In this document: in pieces, positions 39,397-49,345 of the stretch
Position numbering within the stretch: the stretch's first letter is position 1
Layout: the number at the start of each line of letters is the position of its first letter
Assembly (NCBI GenBank): GCA_963714015.1
Contig: OY970223.1
Coordinates: forward strand, 672,001 to 736,000
From: Vulcanimicrobiota bacterium
GTDB lineage: Bacteria > Vulcanimicrobiota > Vulcanimicrobiia > Vulcanimicrobiales > Vulcanimicrobiaceae
Direction of reading: 5' to 3'
DNA length: 64,000 nt
The notes under the pieces: model-generated
Told to the model about the DNA's origin: nothing
The model's input: only the letters and a program-made list of their open reading frames with translations
Databases searched by the model: none
Position numbers and translations under genes: made by a program

Positions 39397-40768
39397 TCAA
39401 TCGTTTTGGCAGAGTGCCACCAATTGGCGAATGCGGTTGCGGTAGGCCTCGTCGCGCTGCATCTGCTCTTTAACCTTATCCCGCGCGTACATGACCGTCG
39501 TATGGTCCTTCTTGTTGAATTCGCGCGCGATGTGCGGCAGCGAGCAGTCCGTGAGTTCCGTACAGACGTACATCGCAATCTGCCGCGGAGCGGCAACGCG
39601 CTGGTCGCGGCGATGGTTGTCCATCTCTTTGACGGTTAGACCATGCGCTTTGGCGACTTTTTCTTTGATGGCGGTGATCGTCACGCGGCGCAGCGGAGCT
39701 TGCGCGACCGCGTTCTTGAGAACTTCGGCGGCCAAATCGACCGTAATCGAGGACTTCGTGAGCGAGGAGAACGCCACAACGCGAATGAGCGCGCCTTCGA
39801 GTTCGCGGATGTTCGAGGGAATGACTTTCGCGATGAACGACGTCACCTCGTCGGGCACGGGAATTTTTTCGCTTTCCGCCTTCTTGCGCAGAATCGCTTC
39901 ACGCGTCTCGAGATCCGGCGGCTGAATGTCGGTGAGGAGTCCCCATTCGAATCGGGAGCGCAGCCGGTTCTCGAGCGTTTGAATCTCTTTGGGCGGACGA
40001 TCGCTTGAAATTACGAGTTGCCTCCCGGATTCGTGCAGCGCGTTGAACGTATGGAAGAACTCCTCTTGCGTACCTTCTTTGCCTTCCAGAAACTGAATGT
40101 CGTCGATCAGCAGCACGTCCACTAGACGGTACTTGTTGCGAAACTCGACCGTCTTGTTGTTTTGCACCGCAATGATGAATTCGTTCGTGAATTTTTCGCT
40201 GGAGACGTACACGACGTTCGCGTCGGGATTATCCTGGAGAACGCGATGGCCGATTGCATGCATCAAATGCGTTTTGCCCAGCCCCACGCCGCCGTAGAGG
40301 AACAGCGGATTGTATGCCCGCGCGGGGGCCGCTGCTACGGCTTGCGCCGCCGCATGTGCGAACCGGTTTGAGTTGCCGATGACGAACTCTTCGAACGTAT
40401 AGCGCGAATTGAGGTTTCCGGGCCGGAATTCCGCGGGCCGCAGGGTTCCGTTCGCCGCAGTTCCGGGGCCGGCTCCGGGAGGAGCCCCCTCGCTCGCATC
40501 CGGCACAACCGTAATCTGCAACTGCATGCCCGGTCCGAATACCTCCGAGAGGACCTCAGCTGATCTGGCCCTTCAGGCGATTTTCAACCCAGTCCCGAGC
40601 GAAATTGTTCTGAACCGCGACGAGCAGCTCGTTGCCGGTTAGCGAGACCAGGCGGAGCGGCTTGATCCACATCTCGAAAATCGGCTTGGAAAATTTCCGT
40701 TCCAGCGCCGTCAGAGCGGATTGCCAGAGTTCATTCGAGATGTCCGGGTTGCCAACCACAAGTGCCAT
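39397..40768 (-). CDS. dnaA: Chromosomal replication initiator DnaA (frameshift ~40558)
   Basis: Domain [69 protein letters not shown]. Confidence 0.96.
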
Positions 40769-40904
40769 CTGTCATTCCGTTCCTTGTTAGTGCGTAGAAG
40801 CTTCGAACCAATCCCCGACATAAGTCGGCGGACCCGAGCGGAGCGTTGGAGGCCCAAAGGTTGGCGTAATCAGGCGCCTATCCTGCGGAGTTGAAATCAC
40901 TTTT

Positions 40905-41139
40905 TTATCCACTTATCCACAGGTGCAAAACCCCTGATTTTATAGGCAAAAAGCGACGTTTCGACCCAGTTTGCGACGACTCTTGACAAGCGCTGTTTTG
41001 CCCGAAAAATCGAGCTTTTTCCGGTACATGCCGCCTACGCCGCGGAGAGGATTTCCACAGGGTTGTCCACACGTGTGGAGAGCGGTGGAGCGGGCGGTCC
41101 GGTAGCGGACAATCAGCATTCAGGTGCTCGTGTGGACGA
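40905..41139. promoter_or_regulatory. DnaA-box cluster upstream of dnaA (oriC / dnaA autoregulation)
   Basis: TTATCCACT 40905, perfect TTATCCACA 40913, ATTTCCACA 41051, TTGTCCACA 41063, TGTGGAGAG 41074, TGTGGACGA 41131. Confidence 0.8.
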
Positions 41140-41146
41140 GAGCCGC

Positions 41147-41177
41147 TTGACGGCGCAAGCCTGGCAGGTCCTATACT
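41147..41177 (+). promoter_or_regulatory. Putative sigma70 promoter of the rpmH operon
   Basis: TTGACG-N19-TATACT; spacer longer than optimal. Confidence 0.4.
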
Positions 41178-41237
41178 AGGTGGCTGTGCCCTGCCGCCGA
41201 GCCCGGCGGCGATTTTTTCCTAGGAGAAGCGATCACC

Positions 41238-41372
41238 ATGAAGCGGACTTACCAGCCGCACAATCGGCGCCGCAAGCGCGTCCACGGCTTCCTGGAGCGG
41301 ATGCAGACCAAGAACGGGCGGCGCGTCATCAATGCCCGCCGCAAGAAAGGCCGCAAGCGCCTGACCGTCTGA
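41238..41372 (+). CDS. rpmH: 50S ribosomal protein L34
   Basis: Translated by hand: [51 protein letters not shown]; absent from the ORF track. Confidence 0.97.
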   Translation: MKRTYQPHNRRRKRVHGFLERMQTKNGRRVINARRKKGRKRLTV

Positions 41373-41692
41373 TGCGCCGCTTCGCCAGCTTGCGCCGGAC
41401 GGGTGACTTCACTCGCCTGCGCCAGCGCGGCCGGCGCACAGCCACAGCCAATCTGACCATCTTTCGTGCGGACGCCCCCCCCGCGGACAACCGTCCGCTG
41501 GTCGGAATTACGGTTTCCAAGAGCGTAGGAACCGCCGTAGTGCGCAATTTGCTCCGTCGCCGCATCGCGGCAGCCATTCACGAACTGCTTCCCGCGCAGG
41601 TCCGCCTGCGTCTGCTGGTCGTCGCGCGCCCTTCGGCCGCGGCACTTTCGTATTCCGCCCTGCGGGACGAAGTGGCCGGAGTGCTTCGCTGA
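41372..41692 (+). CDS. rnpA: Ribonuclease P protein component
   Basis: [34 protein letters not shown] overlap with rpmH. Confidence 0.93.
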   Translation: MRRFASLRRTGDFTRLRQRGRRTATANLTIFRADAPPADNRPLVGITVSKSVGTAVVRNLLRRRIAAAIHELLPAQVRLRLLVVARPSAAALSYSALRDEVAGVLR

Positions 41693-41916
41693 TGCGCACG
41701 CTCGCCGTCGGGGTCCTCAAGGGCTATAAGCGCTTCGTCTCCCCGCTGCTTCCGCCGGCGTGCCGGTTCTATCCCACGTGCTCGGAGTACGCTGCGACCG
41801 CTATCGCGAAACACGGGCTCGTGCGCGGCGGTATCCTGGCCGCAAAACGCCTCTCCAAATGTCACCCGCTCAACCCCGGCGGATTCGATCCCGTTCCGGG
41901 GATGCCGGAAAGGTAA
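41692..41916 (+). CDS. yidD: Membrane protein insertion efficiency factor YidD
   Basis: [32 protein letters not shown]. Confidence 0.95.
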   Translation: MRTLAVGVLKGYKRFVSPLLPPACRFYPTCSEYAATAIAKHGLVRGGILAAKRLSKCHPLNPGGFDPVPGMPER

Positions 41917-41925
41917 CGCTTCCAC

Positions 41926-42786
41926 TTGCACGTTTTCCTGGCCGCCTCGTGGCTCGATCCCATCGTTCACGCCGTCGCCTTCGTCGTCGACCACATCAAT
42001 GTGGTGGTGCACAATCGCGGGTGGAGTTTGGTGCTCTTCGCGTTCGGCCTGAAGTTGCTGTTCTGGCCGCTCAACACGAAGCAGTTCGTCTCGATGGTGA
42101 AGATGCAGCAGCTCGCGCCGCAGTTGAAAAAGCTTCAGGAGAAATACTCCAAAAGCGATCCGCAGAAGCTGCAGCAAGAGACGATGCAGCTGTACAAAAA
42201 GAACGGCGCCAATCCGCTCGCCGGCTGCTGGCCGATGCTCGTGCAGTATCCGTTCATCATCAGCGTTTACTATGCCGTCATTCAAAACAAAGCGGCATAT
42301 GCCGGCGAGCACTGGCTCTGGATCGGATCGCAGTTCACGCAGAACATGCCGGTGTTGCCCCTTTGGAAAGCGCCGCTGCTGGCCTCGAGCTTGGCGTTGC
42401 CCGATTTGGTGTTGCTGATCGGATACATGATTTCGATGTACCTGTTCTCGCGTTACGCGACCATGCCGTCGACGGATCCGCAGCAGGCGCAAACACAGAA
42501 GATGATGGCCATTGTGTCCCCGCTGATGCTGGGCTACTTCGGATTTCAGTGGAAGTGGCCGTCCGCGATGGTCCTGTACTGGTTTTCGTACAACGTTTTC
42601 ACGATGGCGCAGCAATTCTATCTGCTGCGCAGGTTCCATCAGCCGCTTTCGGTGCTGGACAACGAGCACGCCATAACCGATATTCAGGAGCCGGCGCCGG
42701 CCAAAGCGATAGCGGGCAACGGCGCCCCCAGAACTTCTTCCGGACCGAAATCATCCGCAAAGAAAAAGAAAGGCGCAAAGCGATAA
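41926..42786 (+). CDS. yidC: Membrane protein insertase YidC (short form)
   Basis: KMQQLAPQLKKLQEKY, LYKKNGANPLAGCWP, PSAMVLYW. Confidence 0.94.
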   Translation: MHVFLAASWLDPIVHAVAFVVDHINVVVHNRGWSLVLFAFGLKLLFWPLNTKQFVSMVKMQQLAPQLKKLQEKYSKSDPQKLQQETMQLYKKNGANPLAGCWPMLVQYPFIISVYYAVIQNKAAYAGEHWLWIGSQFTQNMPVLPLWKAPLLASSLALPDLVLLIGYMISMYLFSRYATMPSTDPQQAQTQKMMAIVSPLMLGYFGFQWKWPSAMVLYWFSYNVFTMAQQFYLLRRFHQPLSVLDNEHAITDIQEPAPAKAIAGNGAPRTSSGPKSSAKKKKGAKR

Positions 42787-42789
42787 CCG

Positions 42790-43440
42790 ATGTTCGAAGA
42801 CGACATTGAACCCGAAGACGAGCAGCCGGCCGACATCCGAGACCGGAACATTCCGGGACGCGGCGGCAGCGGCGGCCGCCGTCCGCCCGGCGGAGCACCT
42901 CGACGGGGCGCACCCGGCGGCGATCGCCGTAAAATGCAGAACGAAGGAGGTCACGCGCCCCGTGCTCCGCGGGTCAAGCAAGAGTTTCCGGAGGATGCCA
43001 AACCGGCGCGCGCGCTGCTCGAAGAGATTCTGTCGCGCATGGGCGTGCCGCATGCGGAGATCGATTACGTGCCGCGTCCCGAAGGCGAATATTTTGAGGT
43101 AACGGGACCGGACCTGGCGATGCTGATCGGCCGGCACGGCAACACGCTCGAGGCGCTGAATTTGGTTTTCAACAACATCCTCAACACCGGCGTGAAGTCG
43201 AACCGCCGTTACTACACGATCGATGCCGAAGGGTACCGCGCGCGTCGCGCGGACCAGCTCAAGAATTTGGCGCTGACCACGCTCGAGCGGTGCATCCGAG
43301 AAAAGAAGCCGCAGAAACTCGATCCGATGCTGCCCTCGGAACGCAAGATCGTGCATCTGGCGCTGGCCGAGAACCAGCACGTGCGAACGGAGTCCGAAGG
43401 AGTCGAGCCCGAACGCCGCGTGGTGGTATTTCCGAAGTAG
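42790..43440 (+). CDS. jag: Jag/EloR/KhpB RNA-binding protein (KH + R3H)
   Basis: LIGRHGNTLEAL, DAEGYRARR, ERKIVHLAL, TESEG.EP.RRVV. Confidence 0.9.
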   Translation: MFEDDIEPEDEQPADIRDRNIPGRGGSGGRRPPGGAPRRGAPGGDRRKMQNEGGHAPRAPRVKQEFPEDAKPARALLEEILSRMGVPHAEIDYVPRPEGEYFEVTGPDLAMLIGRHGNTLEALNLVFNNILNTGVKSNRRYYTIDAEGYRARRADQLKNLALTTLERCIREKKPQKLDPMLPSERKIVHLALAENQHVRTESEGVEPERRVVVFPK

Positions 43441-44777
43441 AGACAATCGCCGCGATCGCGACGCCGCCGGGCAAGGGCGCAATCGCGATCGTGCGCGTCT
43501 CCGGTTCGCAGGCGCAGCATCTTGCCCGGCGCGTGTTTCGTTCGAAAAGAACGCTGCAATCGCGAATGGCGACGTACGGCACCGTCGTTGACGAGGCCGG
43601 TGCGGCGATAGACCGGGGACTCGCTCTGCTTTCCATTGGGCCGCACAGTTACACGGGCGAGGACATGCTGGAATTGCACGTCCACGGTTCGCCGGTGGTC
43701 GCGCGAGAAGTCATGCGTACGTTGATCGCATGCGGCGCGCGCGCCGCGCAGCCCGGCGAATTCACGCGACGCGCGTTCTTGAACGGCAAACTCGATCTGC
43801 ACGCCGCCTCTGCCGTTGCCGATCTGATCGAAGCGGAGACCCGATCCGCAGCCCGCGCCGCGATTGCGAATTTGGCGGGCGGTCTTGCCGCCGAAGTGCG
43901 GCGGATTCGCGCCGAGTTGCTGCAGATTTTGGAAGAGCTTGCCGGCTCGATCGATTTTCCCGACGAGGTTCCCGAACCGGATCGCCTGCACGTTCGAGAG
44001 CGCGTCGACCACGTGGAGACGCAGTTGCGAAAACTGCTGCGCGAAGGCGAAGCGGGCAGACTCGTTCGCGAAGGCGTCAGCGTCGCGATCGTCGGTCCGC
44101 CCAACGCCGGAAAGTCCTCGTTACTCAATGCGCTGCTCGGCGAAGAGCGCGCTCTCGTTTCGGAGATCGCCGGCACGACGCGGGATACGATCGAAGAGTC
44201 GATCGTAATTCAAGGCGTTCAGGTGCGGCTAATCGACACCGCCGGTATTCGCGCGCACGCCGATCGGCTCGAATCTGCCGGTATCGAACGCACCCGGCGC
44301 GCATTGCAAAGCGCGCGCTTGGCGCTGATTGTAATCGACGGATCGCATCCGCTCGGGCGTGCAGCGAGGAGTCTGCTCGACGAGACGGCCGGACGCTCCC
44401 GCATCGTATTCTTCAATAAAGCCGATCTGGGCGAGGGCGGCATCGTTCCGATTGCGCCGGGGGCTACGGTGCTCGGCAGCGCCTACGACCATGCGACGCT
44501 GGAGTCGCTGCGGACGGCCATCGCGCGCGAGGTCTGGAACGGCGAGGAGCCGGACTTGGAGCGCCCGCACTTGGCGTCCGCCGCGGAGTTTGATGCCGCT
44601 GCGCAAGCCCTCGCCGCGCTGGAATCGGCGCAGACCACACTTCGGGCCGGCGATCCCGTCGATCTGATTGCCGGCGAGCTTCAGCGTGCTCATGCGGAAC
44701 TGGGCCACATTACCGGCGATGCGGCCGGTGAGGAGTTGCTCGCGTCCATTTTCGCCCGCTTCTGCATCGGCAAATAG
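43428..44777 (+). CDS. mnmE: tRNA modification GTPase MnmE (start uncertain)
   Basis: TIAAIATPPG.GAIAIVRVSG, SYTGED, GEFTRRAFLNGK, GPPNAGKSS, GTTRD, DTAG, FCIGK. Confidence 0.95.
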   Translation: MSEVETIAAIATPPGKGAIAIVRVSGSQAQHLARRVFRSKRTLQSRMATYGTVVDEAGAAIDRGLALLSIGPHSYTGEDMLELHVHGSPVVAREVMRTLIACGARAAQPGEFTRRAFLNGKLDLHAASAVADLIEAETRSAARAAIANLAGGLAAEVRRIRAELLQILEELAGSIDFPDEVPEPDRLHVRERVDHVETQLRKLLREGEAGRLVREGVSVAIVGPPNAGKSSLLNALLGEERALVSEIAGTTRDTIEESIVIQGVQVRLIDTAGIRAHADRLESAGIERTRRALQSARLALIVIDGSHPLGRAARSLLDETAGRSRIVFFNKADLGEGGIVPIAPGATVLGSAYDHATLESLRTAIAREVWNGEEPDLERPHLASAAEFDAAAQALAALESAQTTLRAGDPVDLIAGELQRAHAELGHITGDAAGEELLASIFARFCIGK

Positions 44778-44821
44778 CCGGGGCGCTCCGCGTCTGCGCC
44801 GGACTGTCGCGTTGCGCGGCC

Positions 44822-44830
44822 TGGTAGAAT
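44822..44830 (+). promoter_or_regulatory. Extended -10 element, probable leaderless promoter of mnmG
   Basis: TG-G-TAGAAT ending 8 nt before the ATG at 44839; no SD. Confidence 0.5.
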
Positions 44831-44838
44831 AGAGCGTC

Positions 44839-46701
44839 ATGCGCGCTTCACCTCGGGCGGACGACGCCGGCGTCATCGTTGTGGGCGGAGGGCACGCCGG
44901 AGTGGAGGCGGCCCTGGCCTGCGCGCGTCTCGGAATTGCGACCATGCTCGTGACCGGCGATCCCGAAAAGATCTGTACGCTGCCCTGCAATCCGTCCATC
45001 GGCGGCAGCGCCAAAGGCCAGCTCGTGCGGGAAATCGATGCGCTCGGCGGCGAGATGGCGCGCATCATCGACAAGTGTTCGGTGCATTCGCGTTTTTTGA
45101 ACGAATCCAAAGGACCGGCGGTGCGCGCACTGCGGGCGCTGGCCGACAAGCCTCGGTACGCGCGTTTGGCGATCGAAGCGCTGCGCTCCGAGCCGAACCT
45201 GCAGATCGCTCGGGGTTTGGTTGAGGCGCTGATCGTTTCCGCCGGAGAGATTCGCGGCGTGATTTGCGCGGGCGGCGCGCGTTACTATGCACGCCGAGTC
45301 GTTCTTGCCACGGGGACGTTTTTGGGAGGCAAGACCTTTCGCGGTGACGTCGTGCAAGCGGAAGGACGTTTTGGCGAAGCCCCCGCAGCGGGACTTTCGC
45401 AATCGCTGCGGTCGCTCGGGTTTCCGACGAAACGTTTGAAGACGGGAACGCCGCCGCGCATCGATCGCGCGCACCTGAACGTCGGTTCGATGCAAGAGCA
45501 ATCGCCGAGCGCGGTGCCGCTTCCATTTTCGTACGACTCCGAACTGCGGTTTGCCGGACCGCAGCTTCCATGCTACGTAACCGAAACGAACGCGCGAACG
45601 CATGCGCTGGTGCGCGAGAATCTGCATCGCTCGCCGCTGTACGGACTCGATTTGATCGAAGGAATCGGACCGCGCTATTGTCCGTCGATCGAAGACAAGG
45701 TCGTGAAATTCGCGCACAATCCGACGCATCAATTGTTCGTCGAACCCGAAGGTTGGGACGAACCCACGTGGTACGTCGGCGGTTTTTCGACCTCACTGCC
45801 CGCCGAAGTGCAGATTGAAATGCTGCACACGCTGCCCGGTTTGGAGGATGCGGTCATGCTCCGCGCGGGCTACGCCGTGGAGTACGACATGGTTCCGCCG
45901 ACGGAATTGCGCGATACGCTCGAGACGCATCGCATTGCTGGTTTATACCATTGCGGTCAGATCAACGGAACGTCGGGATACGAAGAGGCGGCGGCGCAAG
46001 GACTGATCGCCGGAATAAACGCGGCGCGCGGCGCGAAGGGTTTGGAGCCTATACGTTTGGCGCGATCGCAAGCATATATCGGCGTGCTCATCGACGACCT
46101 GGTCACCAAGGGCGTCGACGAACCGTACCGCATGCTGACATCACGCGCCGAACATCGCATCGTGCTGCGTCACGACAACGCGGACACGCGTCTGACTCCC
46201 GTTGGACGAGAGGCCGGCCTGATCGATGACGTTCAGTGGGAGCGCTTTAAGGAGCGGCGCGAGTCAATCGCACGAGGATCGGCTGACGCGAAGTCCACGC
46301 GCATCGGCGTTCGAGAATTTGCGGGGGAATTCTTCGAAGGTGACGCCACCGCGGCCGATGCGCTGCGGCGGCCGGCTTTGGATTTTGAGGCCGTTGCACC
46401 GCTCCTCGCGCCGATATCACGCGAGATTGGCGAGCGCATCGCCATCGAAATCAAGTTTGAAGGCTACGTTCGCAGGCAGGAGATTGCGATCGAGAAGGCG
46501 GCCAAGAACGAGCACGTGGAGATTCCGGAGCAGCTTTCATACGAAAGCATCGCGGCGCTCTCGCGGGAGGCCCGAGAGAAGCTCGGCCGGCAACGACCGC
46601 GCACACTCGGCGCGGCGAGCCGCATTCCGGGCGTTACGCCGTCCGACGTCGCCGTGCTGTCGCTCTACGTAAAGCGTCCGGCCGTGACCGCTTCGGGCTA
46701 G
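44839..46701 (+). CDS. mnmG: tRNA modification enzyme MnmG/GidA
   Basis: [57 protein letters not shown]. Confidence 0.97.
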   Translation: MRASPRADDAGVIVVGGGHAGVEAALACARLGIATMLVTGDPEKICTLPCNPSIGGSAKGQLVREIDALGGEMARIIDKCSVHSRFLNESKGPAVRALRALADKPRYARLAIEALRSEPNLQIARGLVEALIVSAGEIRGVICAGGARYYARRVVLATGTFLGGKTFRGDVVQAEGRFGEAPAAGLSQSLRSLGFPTKRLKTGTPPRIDRAHLNVGSMQEQSPSAVPLPFSYDSELRFAGPQLPCYVTETNARTHALVRENLHRSPLYGLDLIEGIGPRYCPSIEDKVVKFAHNPTHQLFVEPEGWDEPTWYVGGFSTSLPAEVQIEMLHTLPGLEDAVMLRAGYAVEYDMVPPTELRDTLETHRIAGLYHCGQINGTSGYEEAAAQGLIAGINAARGAKGLEPIRLARSQAYIGVLIDDLVTKGVDEPYRMLTSRAEHRIVLRHDNADTRLTPVGREAGLIDDVQWERFKERRESIARGSADAKSTRIGVREFAGEFFEGDATAADALRRPALDFEAVAPLLAPISREIGERIAIEIKFEGYVRRQEIAIEKAAKNEHVEIPEQLSYESIAALSREAREKLGRQRPRTLGAASRIPGVTPSDVAVLSLYVKRPAVTASG

Positions 46702-47381
46702 TGAAAGAGGCGTCCGCCCTTCGGGACCTTCTGATCGCAGGCGGAGTCGGTGAAGCGCAGGCTTCACGTTTGGCCGACTATGGCGGGCTTCTGCTCGAGG
46801 CGAACCGCCGCTTTAACCTGAGCGGCGCGGATACCCCGGCCGAATTGGCCCCGCATATTCTGGACAGTCTGACCTTGGCGCCTTATGTGTCGGGCACGTT
46901 GGCCGACGTCGGTTCGGGAGGCGGGCTGCCGGCGATACCGCTCGCCATCGCGACGGCGATACCGGTAACGATGATTGAGTCCACTGCCAAGAAGGCGGCT
47001 TTCCTGCGGCACGTTCTCTCGGAATTGGAATTATCGGGCCGCGTCGTCCCGCAGCGCGCGGAACAGTCCGGACGGGACCCGGCCATGCGTGAGGCATTCG
47101 ATTGCGCGACGGCACGCGCCGTTTCGAGCGCACCGGCGGTTCTCGAGCTCGCGGCGCCGTTCTTGCGAATCGGCGGGCGAGCGCTGTTGCAGCGCGGCGC
47201 CATGGACGGCCGCGAGCGCAACGCAGTCGTCGATGCTGCCCCGATGCTCGGCCTCGAATTCAATCAGGAAGTGCCGCTGGGCGGCGATCGGCGAATTCTG
47301 GTGCTGACGAAGGTGCACTCGACGCCCGAACGCTTCCCGCGCCGCAACGGAATCCCCGAAAAGCGGCCGCTCTGTCTTTGA
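46701..47381 (+). CDS. rsmG: 16S rRNA m7G527 methyltransferase RsmG
   Basis: HILDSL, DVGSGGGLP.IPLAI, ES..KKA.FL, ARAV, FPRR.G.P.KRPL. Confidence 0.93.
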   Translation: MKEASALRDLLIAGGVGEAQASRLADYGGLLLEANRRFNLSGADTPAELAPHILDSLTLAPYVSGTLADVGSGGGLPAIPLAIATAIPVTMIESTAKKAAFLRHVLSELELSGRVVPQRAEQSGRDPAMREAFDCATARAVSSAPAVLELAAPFLRIGGRALLQRGAMDGRERNAVVDAAPMLGLEFNQEVPLGGDRRILVLTKVHSTPERFPRRNGIPEKRPLCL

Positions 47382-47401
47382 CCGCGGGGGGTTCGCGCTG
47401 A

Positions 47402-47417
47402 CGTTCCACGTGAAACA
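47402..47417. other. parS centromere-like site
   Basis: CGTTCCACGTGAAACA matches the TGTTNCACGTGAAACA consensus; ~2 kb upstream of parAB, near oriC. Confidence 0.85.
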
Positions 47418-47501
47418 ATTAGGCGTGCCTAATTGCGAAAATCGCCGGAGAAGAACATTCCGGAACTCTCAGAGTACTACAGTCCGGGAGGTAACTCGCG
47501 A

Positions 47502-47735
47502 GTGGCAATTTGGTTCCTGCCCGTCATCCTACTCGGCCTCGTCGTCGCCGGTATACTGGCAGCAAGCAGGCCCCGGCTAAGAGATCCCCGGTTGGAGCGG
47601 ACCTGGTCGGATGATGACCCGGCTCCCTATGACGCTCCGGCCGGCAGTGAAGAGTTTCAGGAGCGACCGCATTCAATGCCCATAAACCCGGCATACGAGC
47701 GGATGCTCGACGAGGATCGACCCGCGGACTACTAG
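47502..47735 (+). CDS. Small single-TM protein with acidic tail
   Basis: GGGAGG SD, GTG 47502; AIWFLPVILLGLVVAGILAA TM segment. Confidence 0.6.
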   Translation: MAIWFLPVILLGLVVAGILAASRPRLRDPRLERTWSDDDPAPYDAPAGSEEFQERPHSMPINPAYERMLDEDRPADY

Positions 47736-47815
47736 CCGGCCGACGCTTTTGGAAAGCGCGAATGGCGGAACGGTCATAGCGTTCCGGTTTACGCAGGGGT
47801 ACGTTGGAAGGAACG

Positions 47816-47908
47816 ATGCAGGAATCGATTCGGCACTTCCTATTCTCGGCCGTTGCGCTCGGGGCGCTGGCGGCGGTCACGATCTTTCAACTCTACGGTA
47901 ACCACTAA
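47816..47908 (+). CDS. 30-aa hydrophobic small protein
   Basis: MQESIRHFLFSAVALGALAAVTIFQLYGNH; GGAAGGA SD; below the ORF-track cutoff. Confidence 0.45.
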   Translation: MQESIRHFLFSAVALGALAAVTIFQLYGNH

Positions 47909-47965
47909 ATCACTTTCAGTGGTGGCGCGAGGCGGCCTTTGCGCGCCGCGCGAACCGCGCTGACG

Positions 47966-49343
47966 ATGTACGAGCCGCTCCCCGCCGATGCAGCGCTCGC
48001 CGCCGTGCTGCCGGAAGGTGCGCTCTTTGCGGTCGGCGGCCGAGTACGCGACGAACTTCGCCGCGAGCTGCATGACGAGCGAATCGCCCTCAAGGACCTG
48101 GATTACGTCGTGACGGGGCTGTCCGCCGGCGCGCTGGAGCAGCGGCTGCGCAAGGCCGGCAAGGTCGATCTCGTCGGCGCGTCCTTCGCGGTCTTCAAAG
48201 TGACTCTGGACGGCCGCACTATCGACGTGGCGCTTCCCCGGCGCGAACGATCGATCGGTTCGGGGCATCGCGATTTCGAGGTGGACAGCGGGCCCGAAAT
48301 CCCGCTCGAAGACGACCTTGCGCGGCGTGATTTCCGGATGAACATGATCGCGCGCGCGCTCCCTTCAGGCGAGATCGTCGATCCCTACGGCGGCGCCGAA
48401 GACATTCGCGCGCGGCGGATCGACATTTTGGCGGACCGCACGTTCGATGAGGATCCGCTGCGCATGCTGCGGGCGGCACAGTTCGCCGCGCGCTTTGAAT
48501 ACGACGTAACGGCGCGCACGCGCACCGCGATGGAAGCAGCGGCGCATTTGACGCCGGCGATATCCCCGGAACGAATTGCCGAAGAGGCTCACGAAGCTGT
48601 TGGTGCAGGCGCGCAAACCCTCGATTGGCCTCAATTTATTGGCCGAGACGGGCGTTTTGGCGTACGTTTGGCCGGAGCTTACCGAAGGCGCCGGAGTTGA
48701 ACAGAACGAGTGGCATGCATATGACGTTTTTCGTCATAACCTCGAAACTGCCGATGCCGCCGCTCCGGGCGATCTGGTCTTGCGCTTGAGCGCGCTGCTG
48801 CACGACGTCGGCAAGCCTCGCACCAAAGAGGGTCCGCACTTCTACCGGCACGAGCAAGTAGGGGCCGACATGGCGGTTGCCATGCTTTCACGCCTTCGTT
48901 TTTCGAACGACGTCATCGACACGGTGGAACCGCTCGTGCGCCAGCATATGTACGTCGCCGATCCCGATCTGAGCGATGCCGCAATCCGCCGCTTCGCGCG
49001 CAGAATCGGTCTGGAAAGGCTGGATCGACAGTTTGCGCTGCGGGCGGCCGATATTGCCGGGAGCGGCTTGCCCAAGCGCGACGACTCCAACGAGCGCTTT
49101 CAGTCTCGAGTGTATGCCGAGATTGCCCGGCGGCCGGCCTTTTCGATCAAAGACTTGGAGATCGGCGGCGAGGACGTCATCGAAACGATGATTCGCGCCG
49201 GTTTGGCGAGGCCCGGATTCGCCGGCGACGAACGTGTCGGAGAAGCGCTGCGCCATTTGTTCGAGCAGGTCACCGAACAGCCGGAGCGCAACAAGCGGGA
49301 CACGCTAAGAGCGCTGCTGGAGCAGTATTTCGGGGGTTCCTAA
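47966..49343 (+). CDS. CCA-adding/poly(A) polymerase family nucleotidyltransferase with HD domain (frameshift ~48587)
   Basis: VGGRVRD..DLDY, DLARRDF.MN, EDPLRMLRA.QF, ERIAEE, ALLHDVGKP, FYRHE. Confidence 0.88.
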
Positions 49344-49345
49344 CA

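Noticed and set aside
39397..40768. Split or pseudogenised dnaA (and other broken core genes)
   Set aside because: Essential genes with otherwise intact motifs; the window-wide indel pattern points to sequencing error
41180..41692. 170-aa ORF as an extended RnpA
   Set aside because: The upstream part is the off-frame shadow of rpmH; RnpA starts at 41372
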